A stretch of 64,000 nucleotides of DNA, the filler included, from Reticulomyxa filosa (lineage: Eukaryota; Protista; Foraminifera): assembly GCA_000512085.1 (NCBI GenBank). It is 14 parts of 14 records of this genome, joined end to end, with 100 filler letters (N's around TTAATTAATTAA, not from the genome) between each part and the next. Parts side by side here need not be neighbours in the genome. Positions count along the whole stretch, not along the records: positions 49,697 to 57,323 come from ASPP01001769.1; positions 57,424 to 58,580 come from ASPP01012375.1; positions 58,681 to 62,900 come from ASPP01001934.1; positions 63,001 to 64,000 come from ASPP01043905.1; 10 more parts are not named here. One strand, written 5' to 3'. Made by a program: the position numbers and the translations under genes. Every line of letters starts with the position of its first letter. Position 1 is the first letter of the stretch. Below the pieces are notes generated by a model. It saw only the letters and a program-made list of their open reading frames with translations. It had not been told where the DNA came from and searched no databases. This document shows positions 50,601-63,460 of this stretch, piece by piece.

Positions 50601-53600
50601 TATCACTACAGTTGTAATCACGAAATGGAACAAAAAGAATTAGATAATATTTATTACTAAACTCCATTTGTGTCATTTCACAAGAATAATTGTTTACAAA
50701 GAGAATTACATAAGCAACACATATATTCGATGCTTGTGAGCAATATCATAATCAGACACTTGTCCCAATCGTGCATAATCTTATCTCTTCAATTAATACT
50801 TCTATCATGAGATAGTTAAACAAAGTCAGAGCTTTCAACTATCGAACAACAATTTTAAAAAAAACAAATATGTGTACTTGAGAGTAAGATTTGAAAATTC
50901 TATTCTTGAGATTCACAAACGAATCAACCATTTCAAACAACAAACCAAAAAGTCACAAAGATAACAGATGAATTTGAATTTGTGAGTTCTTTCAGCAGAT
51001 CACTAAATATCATTGATATAACGCAAAAAACTCAAAATAAAGATTTGAAATCCTTAATGTCAAACATAAGAGAAAGAGGTTTAATGCTGGAGATAATGTG
51101 ATTCTCCAAGTGATTAATATAAAATGATTGCGAAAAAGTCCAAAACTAATGAATCAAAGGATATGTAGATCGAAAAGTTGCTTATTTAAAGAGTAATGGA
51201 AGTGAATTAATTTTTAGTTACTTCTCCCTCTTTTCTATTCACTGCTTTGCAAAGCGTTTGTATTTTTCTAATTTTCTTTATTATTTGTTGCAATAATTGA
51301 TAAAAAGTAAACAAAATGTCTATCACGATGTAATCTTTAATAATTGTCAGCATGTATCCATATTCTTTATTGAACCAAATATGAAAACAAATAATTTTTG
51401 ATTTTTTTTTTTGTTCCAGCCGAACGAAAAATACAATCTTTGTTTTATCAATGAAAATAAAAAATATTCCTATCTGATGGTTGAGTAGCTATAATCTAAT
51501 AACCATTGTTATGACAATCTGTCCAATAACGAAATCTAAGCATGATATTCACTTCCATGTTTAGTAAAAATTTTTGTAAAAATCCAAATATAGAAATTGT
51601 TTAGATATTTTTTCCTCGTTTGATTCAACTTTTGAACAGTCAAAAAAGCTGTTTCTGCAAAAAAATCTATACCTTTTAAAACTCTTCAACATTGTCAGCA
51701 TTGCTATACGTAAAAAAAAAGGGGACAAGCAAAGAACGGCAAAAAAAAGGCCGCTAAATACACACTGCTAAAACGTTGGACAATTTTTTTCAATCACAAA
51801 AAATTACATATACATTCCACATGCTACTGCACATACAGTGACGTTTCCCTTCCTCTGCATATTTACAAACATAATTATATCTTTTTTCGTAGTGATTTAA
51901 GCAAAGCATACTGGTGATTGTCCGTATCTACTATGCCTTTTAGATAATTTTCTACAAGATACAGTCATTACCATACATTATTATAAAACAAAAATGTGCC
52001 AACGTTTTTTTCTTTTCTGTTGTACTTTATTATATATTTTTATCTTTCTCTTGCACTTGTTATTGCTGATAAACGATTTACTCATGATTTTACATTTAGT
52101 GTTGTTCCATGCTTCTTGCAACATTTTTATTTACTATGGTATCATTAATGTTGTGTTTTCACCTTCTCTTAAATTTAAATATTTTCATTTCAACAAAATT
52201 TGATTATTTAAAATCACAAATATGATTTAATTTTTCCACATTTGTGGATTTTAATGATAAATCAAAATCAACATTTTCTAAAGTACTTAAAGATAAAAAA
52301 AGAGATTAATATAGTTTATTAACAAATTTTATTTTAAAAAATGATTTAAATTTTAGTCTTTAAAGGCAAGCACAATAAAAATATTCATTGATGGTATTTT
52401 AGGTGTTCAAAATTTTAATGTGTGTGAGATTTGTAAAATATTAAGACAACAGAATTTTTTGTTTTACGTAAAATTATAGGAAATTGATAATTTGAATGTA
52501 CATAATTTTTTAGAATTAAAATGTTTAAAGCTATTTCTAAAACAAAATTACTACAAAGTGATAAAAAAAATTTAGGAGTTAAATAAATATCTTTTCATTT
52601 TACAATCTTCAACAAAAACAAAAAATTTTAAAAAATTCTTACAAAAAAAGCAAAGTACTTGATCCATTTCATTACCTAATTTATTGTTACTATTCTTCCT
52701 TCTATTAAGACAAAGATAAAAAATCGGTAATAATAAAAACAATTTCCTTTTATTTTATTAATTTTTTTTCCATTTGCATTATCTGGCATTTTAAAAAAAT
52801 ATCTTTACGTTTCAAGTTGATCTGTTTTGCTTAAAAAAAATTACAAAAATAGAAACTTTTTGTCACAAAATGAAAACAAATTTAACATACAATTTTTTTC
52901 ACACATAAGTTTTATTCAAAAGAAATATTTTTTAATCTTCTTTAAAAAAAAATGAATTAAAACTGAATGTGTTATATCACATTCAAAGCACAAACAAAAA
53001 TTAATACAAACAAAATTAAAAAGGCAAATGAAAGAAAAAGCGAAAAAAAATTAAATCAGGCGTTGCCTTCGTGAACATTCTAGCGCCGCTCGAACTATCT
53101 TTTTCTTTTTGGTTTTGTCTTCATTTGCCTTTTTTTAGCCTTCCAACGATGATATCAATTGAATGATGAATAATGAATAATAAATAGTAATGAAGAACAA
53201 TAAACTGTTTACTCGTGAAAAACTGATGTAATGTTTGAAAGTTTGATTTGACTGATAGAAGATAAGTAAAAGAATTTTGTATGCAGATTTTTTATTTGGT
53301 GTCATTACGAATTTATTGCAAAGCAGCAAGACTGAGTTTTATGACAAATAAAAGATTGCAAAGCCAAACTTCAATAAATGAAATTGAAATACTTTTAATG
53401 AAAAATTTTAGATATTTTTTTTAATTGGCTTCACTTTCTTTTTTTTCTAATTTTTTGACAGTTGTAAAAAGCTGTTGTGTTGATTTTTCAATCAGTTTTT
53501 TTTATTTTGTCACGTATATGCTTGTCTTAAAATTATTTAATGACTTTTTCATTTAGGAAAAAAGTAAAATCTAAAGAGCGATATCCAGTGTTTTTTTGTT

Positions 53601-54889
53601 AGAAAAAAAATTGAAGAAACTATATAATATTTTCATATTTTTATCATTTGTAATTACAAATACAACAGTAAATGAAGTAAATAAAGCAGAAGAAGCAATG
53701 TTTCAGTTTTTATAAAAATAATGTGATGTTTAATGATTTTTCAGAAAAGTTGTTATTACTTGAAGTAACTCTGGAAGTTTAATGAATTATCGTGTAAGCG
53801 AAATTAAGTTTTGTCTATCTTTTTTTGAGAAAAAAAATAAAATAAAAAATAAAGCGATTTATGCGAAGACTAAAAAATAAAATCATTGAAAAGCATAGCA
53901 GAAGAAAAAAGAATTAAATAAAAAATTTGATGAATTAACATCAAAACTAATTCAACATAAAGAAAAAATATTACGTAAAATTGATAATATTGTTTGCGAA
54001 AAATCGAAAGAAATTGACGCAGTAATAGAAAAAGCTAGAAAGCAAAAATTGCAAATTGAACAATGGAACTCCAGCTTCAATCAAATATTGCCAACTTATA
54101 ATCTTAGTCCAATCGAAAGTACAAAATCTGTATTATATTTGATTAAACAAATGCATGATTGCATCAATCAGGATTCAAATTATGTTATTTATTCAGGTTT
54201 CTTTGAAAAAAAAAAGTAAATAAGCGTATATATAAACAAATCTTTTGCATATTATATATATCATTCTTGTTTTAACATATTGGCTAAAGCAAAAAATTGA
54301 TCATATATATAAAGTGATGTTTCATTTGTCAAATTTCTTTTTCGAATATCAAAATCTTATTTAAAACTATGATTATATAATTAGTCATAATAAGTAAACA
54401 TATCATAAAAGCACTTTTCTTTTAATAGATTTATTTTGATGAATAAAACTCAGGGTCCAGGTAAAACTAATTTGTTGAATCCTTAAAATCAATTTTATAT
54501 ATGATTTGTAAAATAATAATTATGGTATAGAAAAGCAAAATTGAGGACATAAAGTTTAATTAAAAAAATAAAAATTGAAAACAAATAAAATAATATAAAA
54601 AACTAATTGCTTTTTTTTAGAAGTGATATGTTTAAATCAACTAATTTTGATAAAATTTTTTTGAAAATAATCTATTTACTGAAAAATCGCAAAATAAAGA
54701 AATTTCCTTGATAATGCATTTAAATTGTCACTACATAAAAATAAATTAAAAAATGTTTTTCGGTATGATAAAAAGATCTTCCAAGATTGAAAAATTTTTT
54801 TGGTAATAATAAGAATTTTTTTTTAAAAAAAAGGTACAAAGGGAATTATATTTAAATTTAATGAATTTATGCAAGAAAATTTTGATGGA

Positions 54890-55520
54890 AATTTGTAATA
54901 TATGATATCCAAATTGGAATATCTTGTAGAAAAGGGATTTGTTTGCTTGTTTATTTCAAATGAGTTTTATCAGTAATTGAAGGGGCTTCTCAATTGACAA
55001 GAAATATTTATTTAACATAGGTATATGATATATTCATGTTTGATAAATTTCGATTATTATAAATTAATTTAAACATTCACTGGACACAAAGAATATGCAC
55101 CATATTGCATTTTCATCGTTTAAATAATTGAAAATTATATTAAGTTTTTTTCTTTTGCTTTTTATTTAAAAATAAATAAATATATATTTTTCACAATCAT
55201 TATAAATAATATGCTACTTACTTTATTTTTGACAAATTTATTTGATTGAAAGAAAAATAATGTAAAGAATTATAAATATGATATTAAATTATATTATAGA
55301 TCATTTAAAGGTCCCATTTATATTCGGATATAATTTACTTTTTTGCCAAATAAGAAATGAAAGTGTTTTTGTTTTAAAAGTTTGATTAAAGAAAAGTAAT
55401 GTTATATTAAATTTATTTCATTTGATTGAATCAAGCATTGAGTGAGCTGTTTTATTTTACTTTGTTGTTTAAAAAAATTAAAAATCTGCGTTCAATGTTT
55501 TTTAAAGAATGCATGTGCTT
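54890..55520 (+). pseudogene. Internally deleted WD40-family relic with retained 3' flank
   Basis: ~55032-55095 resembles 'FMFDTF...KLI..FTGH'; ~55300-55510 aligns with the last codons and 3' flank of the copy at 59115-59310. Confidence 0.6.
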
Positions 55521-56237
55521 ATGTTTTGTTTCAACGATTCTTAAATTGAATTAGTATATCTGATAAGAACAATAATATGGATTGACACCACAAACGGATG
55601 ACAATATGCAAATTTTGCTGTATGTTGGCGTGTATTGCTTTTTGCCAGTTATTGGTGTCTAATCAAAAGAAAGAGACGACCAATTTCAAGTCATACCCGA
55701 TCTTACAGCCGAAGCAGAAATGAAAATTGTCGTCGGTCAACGTGATTAACTTCAAATTTTACAAAATATGCTCACTTTTGTATCTGTCTTTAAATTCATT
55801 TTGTTTATCCAAAGCAATGCTATTTTTTAAAATCTTTGCTTTTTTAATTTTAGATCGAAAATTTGTAAGTTAAATTGTTATGAACAAAATTACTGCAAAA
55901 CTAAATTTCGTAAACAAAAAAAACACAACCCAATTTCATTTTGTGTTTGGTAAAACATTCATTTTCAAAAACTGAAAAATTAGACAATTTCTTATCATTG
56001 GCATTCTTCTTTCATTTCAAACACCTGACAAGAAACATTGGAATATTTGTGGTTTTGCTTTTTTTTGTTGTTGTTTTCTTTAGACTCAACGCTGCAACGT
56101 TTCCCTTTTTTTTTTTTAAAAAAGAGGTTGCTTGGATTCATGTTAATGCAACTTTCGTGAGCTTTTCGTGTATGAAAAAAAGAACTTGGTGAAACATTTC
56201 TTTGGATACTCTGTTGTGTCGCGGTGGCAGTGAGTGA

Positions 56238-57323
56238 ATGAGCGTCATTTTGCCGAATAGTGGAAGCGACCTGAGCGACAAGCTAGGTCAAAAGCTACGT
56301 TTGCGGTATTATGCGCGGCTAAAAATGATTGGAATTCCGTCACGATCAGAGCAAGTGTTGATAACACAGCGAATGGGACAATGGTATCTGTACCCTATGA
56401 AAATAGGAAACAGTGACGTACATGCTGAGCATTATAGACATGAAATTAATGACAATGATAGTGATAGTCTGTTATCGTTGTCTTCTAGTTTCTATCATCA
56501 CAATAGCAAGGAAGAAGAAGAAGAAGAAAAGGATCGAAAGCGTATGTGTCGTGCTGGGGATCATGACCGCACCAAAGGTGCAATCGCCAATGACGACCAT
56601 ATATCACATCCTTTCAATGACAAAGAAAAAGATAGACCTAAAAAAGTAGGATTAAAGCGGAGATGTAAATTGCAACGGTCGGAATCGGATAGCGTCAGAC
56701 ATGAGCATGCACGAAAGCATGCAAAGAAATCAGAGTCAAGAGACAATAAGAAACTGAGATCATTCCTTCAAAAGATGAGTACAAGTAGTATTAGCAATAA
56801 TAGCAATAATAGCGACAACAAAAGAAAGAGTAGTAACAATGGTGCAAAGATAAACGCAATGACAAAAGAAATGCAAATTGTGCACACAAACAACAATCAG
56901 TCCAAATTAACTGTCTTATTGCAGCACTCCAAACCACAATCCAATCTTGATCATTACTGTCTTGCCAACGAATCTGTGTTGATACGACCGCATACACAAA
57001 AACATAAACACAAACACAAACACAAACACAAATATAATCTCACTTTTTCTCATTTTGATGTTTCCACTTGCAATTATAATTCCAATGACAATGGCGATGA
57101 CAGTGGCAATAACAGTGGTACACAACTTCCTCGGCGGTCCAAAAGCATTTCCATTCCCAATCCTCTCAAATCTCGCTACGACTTTGATTTCAAATTTTCA
57201 CTTTATCAAGTGTGTTTCCATTTTTATTGTTTTATGTTTTCTTTTCTTCACAACATATACATATACATATACATATACGTATACATACATACATACGTAT
57301 ATCAACAAAAAAAAAAAAAAAAA
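56238..57323 (+). CDS. Hypothetical low-complexity protein (3' truncated)
   Basis: ORF of more than 320 codons from ATG 56238 with polyE, N/S-rich and (HK)n tracts; an intron probably begins near 57210. Confidence 0.5.
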
Positions 57324-57423
57324 NNNNNNNNNNNNNNNNNNNNNNNNNNNNNNNNNNNNNNNNNNNNTTAATTAATTAANNNNNNNNNNNNNNNNNNNNN
57401 NNNNNNNNNNNNNNNNNNNNNNN

Positions 57424-58215
57424 CCGCTGCCGGCGCGCTGAACCCGTCGAAGCGCACTTCGTTGCCCTGCAGCGTCCCCTCGACGAAGTTCGTGCGGCCG
57501 ATGAAGCCGGCCACGAAGCGGCTCTTCGGGCGGCCGTACAGGACATGCGGCGCATCGATCTGTTCGATCTTGCCCTTGTTCATCACGACGATCCGGTCCG
57601 ACGTCACCATCGCCTCGGACTGGTCATGCGTGACGTAGACCGTCGTGATCTTGAATTCGTCGTGCAGGCGGCGGATCTCGAAGCGCATCTCCTCGCGCAG
57701 GTTGGCGTCGAGATTGGACAGCGGCTCGTCGAGCAGCAGCACCTCGGGCTCGACGACAATGGCGCGGGCGAGCGCCACGCGCTGCTGCTGCCCGCCCGAC
57801 AGTTCGGCGGGATAGCGGCCCTTTGAGGTTGCGCATCTGGACGACGTCCAGAATCTTGTCGACCCGCCGGTCGATCTCGGCGCGTGACAGCTTGCGGATC
57901 TGCAGTCCGAACCCCGACATTCTCGCCCACCGTCATGTTGGGCCAGATGGCGTAGCTCTGGAAGATCATCGACATGCGCCGATGCTCGGGGGGCACGACG
58001 CCCGACGGCGAGGAGATCTGCTTGCCGTCCATCTCGATGCTGCCGCCGCTCGGCGGCATGAAGCCCGCGATCATGCGCAGAGTCGTGGTCTTGCCGCAGC
58101 CCGACGGGCCGAGCAGGGAGACGAATTCACCCTTGGCAAGCTCCAGCGAGAAATCCGCCACCGCCTCGAAGGCGCCGTAGCGCTTGGCGACGTTCTTCAA
58201 TACCAGCTTGCTCAT
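57424..58215 (-). CDS. Bacterial ABC transporter ATP-binding subunit (PotA/FbpC-like), two frameshifts, 3' truncated
   Basis: [52 protein letters not shown]; high GC, no introns; frames shift near 57915 and 57815. Confidence 0.92.
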
Positions 58216-58580
58216 GTCGCGTTACGCCTCAGCATGAAATCGCGGCCCAGGGCCTTTTGGCCGATCCAAAGGAGCGGCAGGGTCAACACCTGCAAGACCA
58301 GCGCCAGCGCGGCGAGGCGTTCGAAGTTTCCCTCCTCGCTCATGTCGAAGATCATGACCGACGCCACCTTCGTGTTGGGGCCATAGAGGAAAATCGCCGC
58401 CGACAGCTCGCGCGTCGCCGGAATGAAGATCAGGAGCCACGCCCCCATCATATTGCGCTTGAGCAGCGGCGCCACGACCCGGCGCAAGGCGGTCAGCCGG
58501 CTGCCGCCCAGCACGCGAACCGCCTCCTCCATCTCGGGGTTGAGGCTGGTTGATGGCGGCACTGGCGTTGACGTAGCCCA
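58212..58580 (-). CDS. Bacterial ABC transporter permease, C-terminal part (Fe3+/polyamine-type)
   Basis: EAA loop EMEEAVRVLGGSRLTALRRVVAPL; the stop codon overlaps the ATPase start (ATGA), as in operons. Confidence 0.9.
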   Translation of the reverse strand, partial: WATSTPVPPSTSLNPEMEEAVRVLGGSRLTALRRVVAPLLKRNMMGAWLLIFIPATRELSAAIFLYGPNTKVASVMIFDMSEEGNFERLAALALVLQVLTLPLLWIGQKALGRDFMLRRNAT

Positions 58581-58680
58581 NNNNNNNNNNNNNNNNNNNN
58601 NNNNNNNNNNNNNNNNNNNNNNNNTTAATTAATTAANNNNNNNNNNNNNNNNNNNNNNNNNNNNNNNNNNNNNNNNNNNN

Positions 58681-59149
58681 ACCATTCGAATATGGGATAT
58701 TGAAACAACAAAACAATTCAATCTATTTAAAGGACATACAGATTATGTGATTAGTGTAAAATATGGATCAAATGAATCAGTGAATACAATATTATCTGGA
58801 TCACAAGATAAAAGTGTTTGTTTGTGGGATATTCGGTCTGGTAAACAAATTCAAGTGTTCAATGGACATACACGCATTGTGTGGTCTGTTGAATATTCAC
58901 CATTTTAATAAAAAATAGTATTTGTAATTCAAATGTGATATGTTCTGGATCTGGTGATAATACAATTCGTTTTTGGGATATTCGATCAAATAAAATGAAT
59001 TATATATGATTAAAGGAGATGAGAAAGAATATGATGGAATAATTTGTCTTAAATTATTGGTTTTGAAAAAGAAAGAGATAAAAAATGTTACAAATGATTT
59101 GAATTTGTGTTATGGTTCATACAAAGGTTTCATTCGTATTTGGGGATAA
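58681..59149 (+). pseudogene. WD40-family copy, 3' part, frameshifted
   Basis: TIRIWDIETTKQFNLFKGHTDYVISVKYGSNE..ILSGSQDKSVCLWDIRSGKQIQVFNGH; frameshifts near 58905 and 58993; ends ..LCYGSYKGFIRIWG*. Confidence 0.75.
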
Positions 59150-59842
59150 TTTACTGTTTGTCGAATAAGAAATGAAAGTATTTTTTTTTTTGAAACGTTT
59201 GATTAAAGAAAAATAAGATGATATCAAACTTGTTTGATTGAGTGCAAGAATTAAAGGATGTGTTATTGTTTAAAAAAATTGAAAAAGTTGCATTAAATGT
59301 TTTTTAAAGAATTGAAAAACATAATAAATAAGACTTGTATCAAATATCAAAATAAGTTGCTCATAATTTTTTAAATTGGTTTTTTTAATAATATTGAAAG
59401 CTGAAGAGCTTCAATAATATTTTACACATTGAAATAAAAAATCAATTCACTGCAGATAGAAAAAATTTTTTCTTTCCCTTGGTAAAAATGGATGATAGTT
59501 GTTTTTTTTAAAGAAAAAAAATGAATGTGCATTTCGAAGTACATTTATTGACCAAAAAAACTGTCCTTATTTTGTGGTTGCTTCCAAATTTATGCCATTG
59601 ATTACTATATAAAGACAACAGCCAACCTTATTGTGATGTGTAATCTTTTTTAAAAAAAAACACTTGAAGATAATGGAATATGCTGTATTAAATTTCTACA
59701 ATTAAAAAAATTAATAATATATAACGATTGGATTGGATAAAAAAAAGTTTCAAGTTAAATTTTACATCTGTATTTAGTGATAAAAACTTTGTTTTATTTA
59801 ATTCTACACAAATAATTTTCTTATATTATTTATATGTTTTGT

Positions 59843-61207
59843 TCATCCCCAAACACGAATTAAACCTCCTAATGAACCATAACATAAATTAATATCACAA
59901 TCATCATTTGATTTTTGTTCATCTTTATTTCTTTTCTTTTTCAATGAAATAAATTTAAGACATATTATTCCTTCATCTCCTTTAATTACATGTAATTCAT
60001 TTTTATTTGATCGAATATCCCAAAATCGAATTGTATTATCTTCTGATCCAGAACATATTACATTTAAATTACCATTAATAATATTATTATTATTTTTTAT
60101 TACAAATGGTGAATATTCAACTACGTTTACATAATTTGAATGTTTCTTGAATACTTGAATTTGTTGACGAGATCGAATATCCCATAAACGAACACTTTTA
60201 TCATATGATCCAGATAATATTGTATTTCTTAATTCATTAAATCCATATTTTACACTTCTTATTTCATTTTTATGTTTTTTAAGTACAATTAATTGTTTAG
60301 TTTTTTCAATATCCCATATACGAATTGTTCTATCATATGATCCAGAACAAATAGTATATCCATTACCACCAATTATACCAATATGATTATTTTTTTTATT
60401 ATTATTTTGTAATGGTGAAATATCCATACATAAAATAGATCCTTCATGCTTATTAAAAACATGTAATGTTTTAGATGTTTCAATATCCCATAAACGAATA
60501 GTATTGTCAGCAGATCCAGAAAATAAATATTTACCACAATTAAATGGTGAAAATTCAATATCACATACACTATTTGAATGTCCATGAAATAATTGTAATT
60601 CTTTACTATCTTTAACATCCCAAAAACGAATAGTCTTACTATTAGATGATGAACAAATAATATTACGATGATGATTATAATTATAATATTGTGAAAATTT
60701 TGCACAAAATACAGAATAACAATGTCCACGGAATATTTGAATTTGTTTATTGTTATCAATATCCCATACACAAACTGTTTCATCAGCTGATCCAGAACAA
60801 ATAAATTGATTATCATCAAATATTGTATAATCAATACTATTTATTCGATTTGTGTGTCCAGTAAATTTATTAATTAATTTGGACGATGAACAAAATGTAT
60901 CAAACATAAAGATGGTAGTTACCTATGTTAAATTATGATTATATATAATAATAATAATAAATATATTAATAATAAAGAAAGACATAACATAATTGATAAT
61001 AAATTTGTCAAAATCATTGATCCAGCCTAATTTAATCCTTAATGTTCGGATCCAATATTGAATAATTGTTTGAATCTCTTCTTCTTTTGACTTTTTTAAC
61101 TTCAAATCATACACAATAAATAAAAAACACAAAAAAAAATCTAAAGATAGTTAGCTTACAAATACCAGTTGTATTGAAGATTGTTTTTCATTATCAAAAG
61201 TTGTCAT
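59843..61207 (-). CDS. Lineage-expanded WD40-repeat protein, apparently complete (3 exons)
   Basis: Exon 1 MTTFDNEKQSSIQLVF; exon 2 EEEIQTIIQYWIRTLRIKLGWINDFDKFIINY; exon 3 with about 7 GH..SGS.D.TIR.WD repeats ending LIRVWG*. Confidence 0.9.
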
Positions 61208-61409
61208 TCTTTATTTTTTTGAAAGGAAAATCTTTTTGAACTTTTTTTTTTAAAAAACTTTTTTGTTAAGAGAAATATTTTCCAGAATTTATTGTTCATA
61301 TTTGCAGATTAAAAATTAAATTTAAATAAATATTTATTTAAATTTAATTTTTATCACAATTTGAATATGATATTTTCAAATGATTAAACAACTTTTATGT
61401 AAAATATAA

Positions 61410-61490
61410 TATTAACCCCAAAAACAAACATGACCATTGAATAAACCATAACATATATTAATACCATAACTTTGATTAATTTTTTTTTAA
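61410..61490 (-). pseudogene. Terminal remnant of another WD40-family copy
   Basis: Minus strand reads GINICYGLFNGHVCFWG*, homologous to INLCYGSLGGLIRVWG*. Confidence 0.6.
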
Positions 61491-62854
61491 ATTGTGCCCA
61501 GTAGAGAGAATGTGAGTGGAAAAGAAAAAAATATTTTTTAAAAGGACTGTTGTTTTGTGGATGTTGGCCACCACAATCAATACCTCCACAAGCAGGACAG
61601 CAACCCCAATATGAAGAATTGCCATATAACCGCAACGAATACAAACACGCAGAAGAATTCAAAGAAAACGAAGAAAAATCAAAGTTGAAAGACATAATGG
61701 ACGAATACCGAACGGACACGAAGTATTGGCGCATGTGGCAACCAATTCAAAAAATTTGCCCCTTATGTGAATAAACACTGACATGAGGATGAATTCCCTT
61801 GTGTGTACTTTGGACTGAAACAAGGAACACACAAATATTACCCAAGTGAAGGTCTACGACTGCTTGAAGAATTGGCAGGAACACAATTTGTTATGTATTT
61901 TTTGTTCATTTTTCTTTAGAAAAAGCATCTCCAGCCGACAGCACCAAAAAATTGTCTTAAAATTCAATCCCTTCAAGCATTTTTTCATTTATTCATCAAA
62001 ATCAATCTTTTTTCATAGAGAATCCAAAAAGTAAATTTTTTTAAATGTTTTCAATCATTAAAAGCTAAAAACATCATGAGTTTTATTTTGGATATTATTT
62101 TAAAAAGAATCTGAAAAAATAATGATTTTGTATTGTATAAGTTCGTTTTGGGAGGGGGTTTCTGAGGTTGTAACTTTGCAACCACCCGTTCATTTTTAAG
62201 GAGTCCTCAGGCCATTTTTGGTGTGTTTTCATTTGTTTTCGTCCTATCAGAAATGCTTTTTTAAGTTCTTGAAATGAATGAACTTTTCTCACGCTTTGTC
62301 TGAAAAAGACACTTAAACTGCTGTGCTTTCATCTACTGAAAAATTTCTGTTATAACTTGTGATATTCGTACTTGGAAAAAATGAAACAAACAAAACAATT
62401 ATGCAAAGATAAGGACTGTTTTATTGAAAAAGAATAGCGTCAGAAAATTTGCACGTGACTTTTTTCTGGCAAGTTACTGACTGTGTTTTATCAAGATTTC
62501 GCGATGTTCTTCAAAAAATCTTTTTCTGACAGGAGGAGAAAAAAAAGAACGAGCAGGAGCAAATGTGCAAATCTTGTTGCATCTTCTTGAAAGAAAAAGG
62601 TCAAGTCCCTCAATTGAAGGGAAGAAAATGCCCAAGAGAATAAAACGACAATAAATATGCATATTTCATGATATGTCGTACTTAAAAAAAAAAGCCAACC
62701 TATTTGTTTGATATTAAAAAAAAGCATCAGTAAATTTGTGCCAAAACCGCCGATTCAGCCCATCATCAAATCACCGACATACAAAAAAGAAAACATTGCA
62801 TCAAAATACATGAGCAAAAAAGGCAAGTAGGGAAGCGAGGGAAAACAAACAAAC

Positions 62855-62890
<36 letters not shown>

Positions 62891-63000
62891 AAAAAAAACA
62901 NNNNNNNNNNNNNNNNNNNNNNNNNNNNNNNNNNNNNNNNNNNNTTAATTAATTAANNNNNNNNNNNNNNNNNNNNNNNNNNNNNNNNNNNNNNNNNNNN

Positions 63001-63460
63001 CCCCTCCCCACCCTCTCCAAAAAAAATGATAAAATAATCAGAGAAGGGACACGATGATCGAAAGGTGAAAGTGCGGTCCCTCACAATGGTACCTTCTTCA
63101 CTGATAGATAAAGCAGTCAAATGAGACTTACGCTTATTGTCGACGTTGGCACTTGAGCGAGCACTACTATGCGTGTATTTCTTGAGCGCATCATCTAAGC
63201 GTTGTTTGCTTTGGGACTTTCCAAAAGTGCAGTGATAATCACCAGCTAACGACTTGGACGGGAGTTTCACTTCAATCAATAGCTTTGTCATCATTCGTTT
63301 TTGCTTTTGCAAGTGATACACTTAATTAATTACATCCAGCCACTCTTTCATGTCTGAGATATGCCAGTAATTCTGGACTTTATCGTTTTTCCAGACAATA
63401 CCGATTCTATTCTCGGCGTAGTAAATCCATGCAATCCTTCTCCATATAAGCTATTCATTG
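63001..63460 (-). CDS. Hypothetical protein exons (3' truncated)
   Basis: Exon-like LIWRRIAWIYYAENRIGIVWKNDKVQNYWHISDMKEWLD followed by ORF 62953-63321; no confident family. Confidence 0.35.

Noticed and set aside
57424-58580. Horizontal transfer of an ABC transporter, or programmed frameshifting in it
   Set aside because: No host junction; the shifts are single-base slips in or near short G/C runs, consistent with sequencing error.
61550-61900. Possible zinc-finger gene (CPLC...)
   Set aside because: Short, interrupted by stops, and ligand spacing is not convincing.
21225-63000. Regularly recurring TTAATTAATTAA palindrome as a biological repeat or CRISPR-like array
   Set aside because: Always centred in exactly 44+44 Ns; an artificial six-frame-stop concatenation linker.
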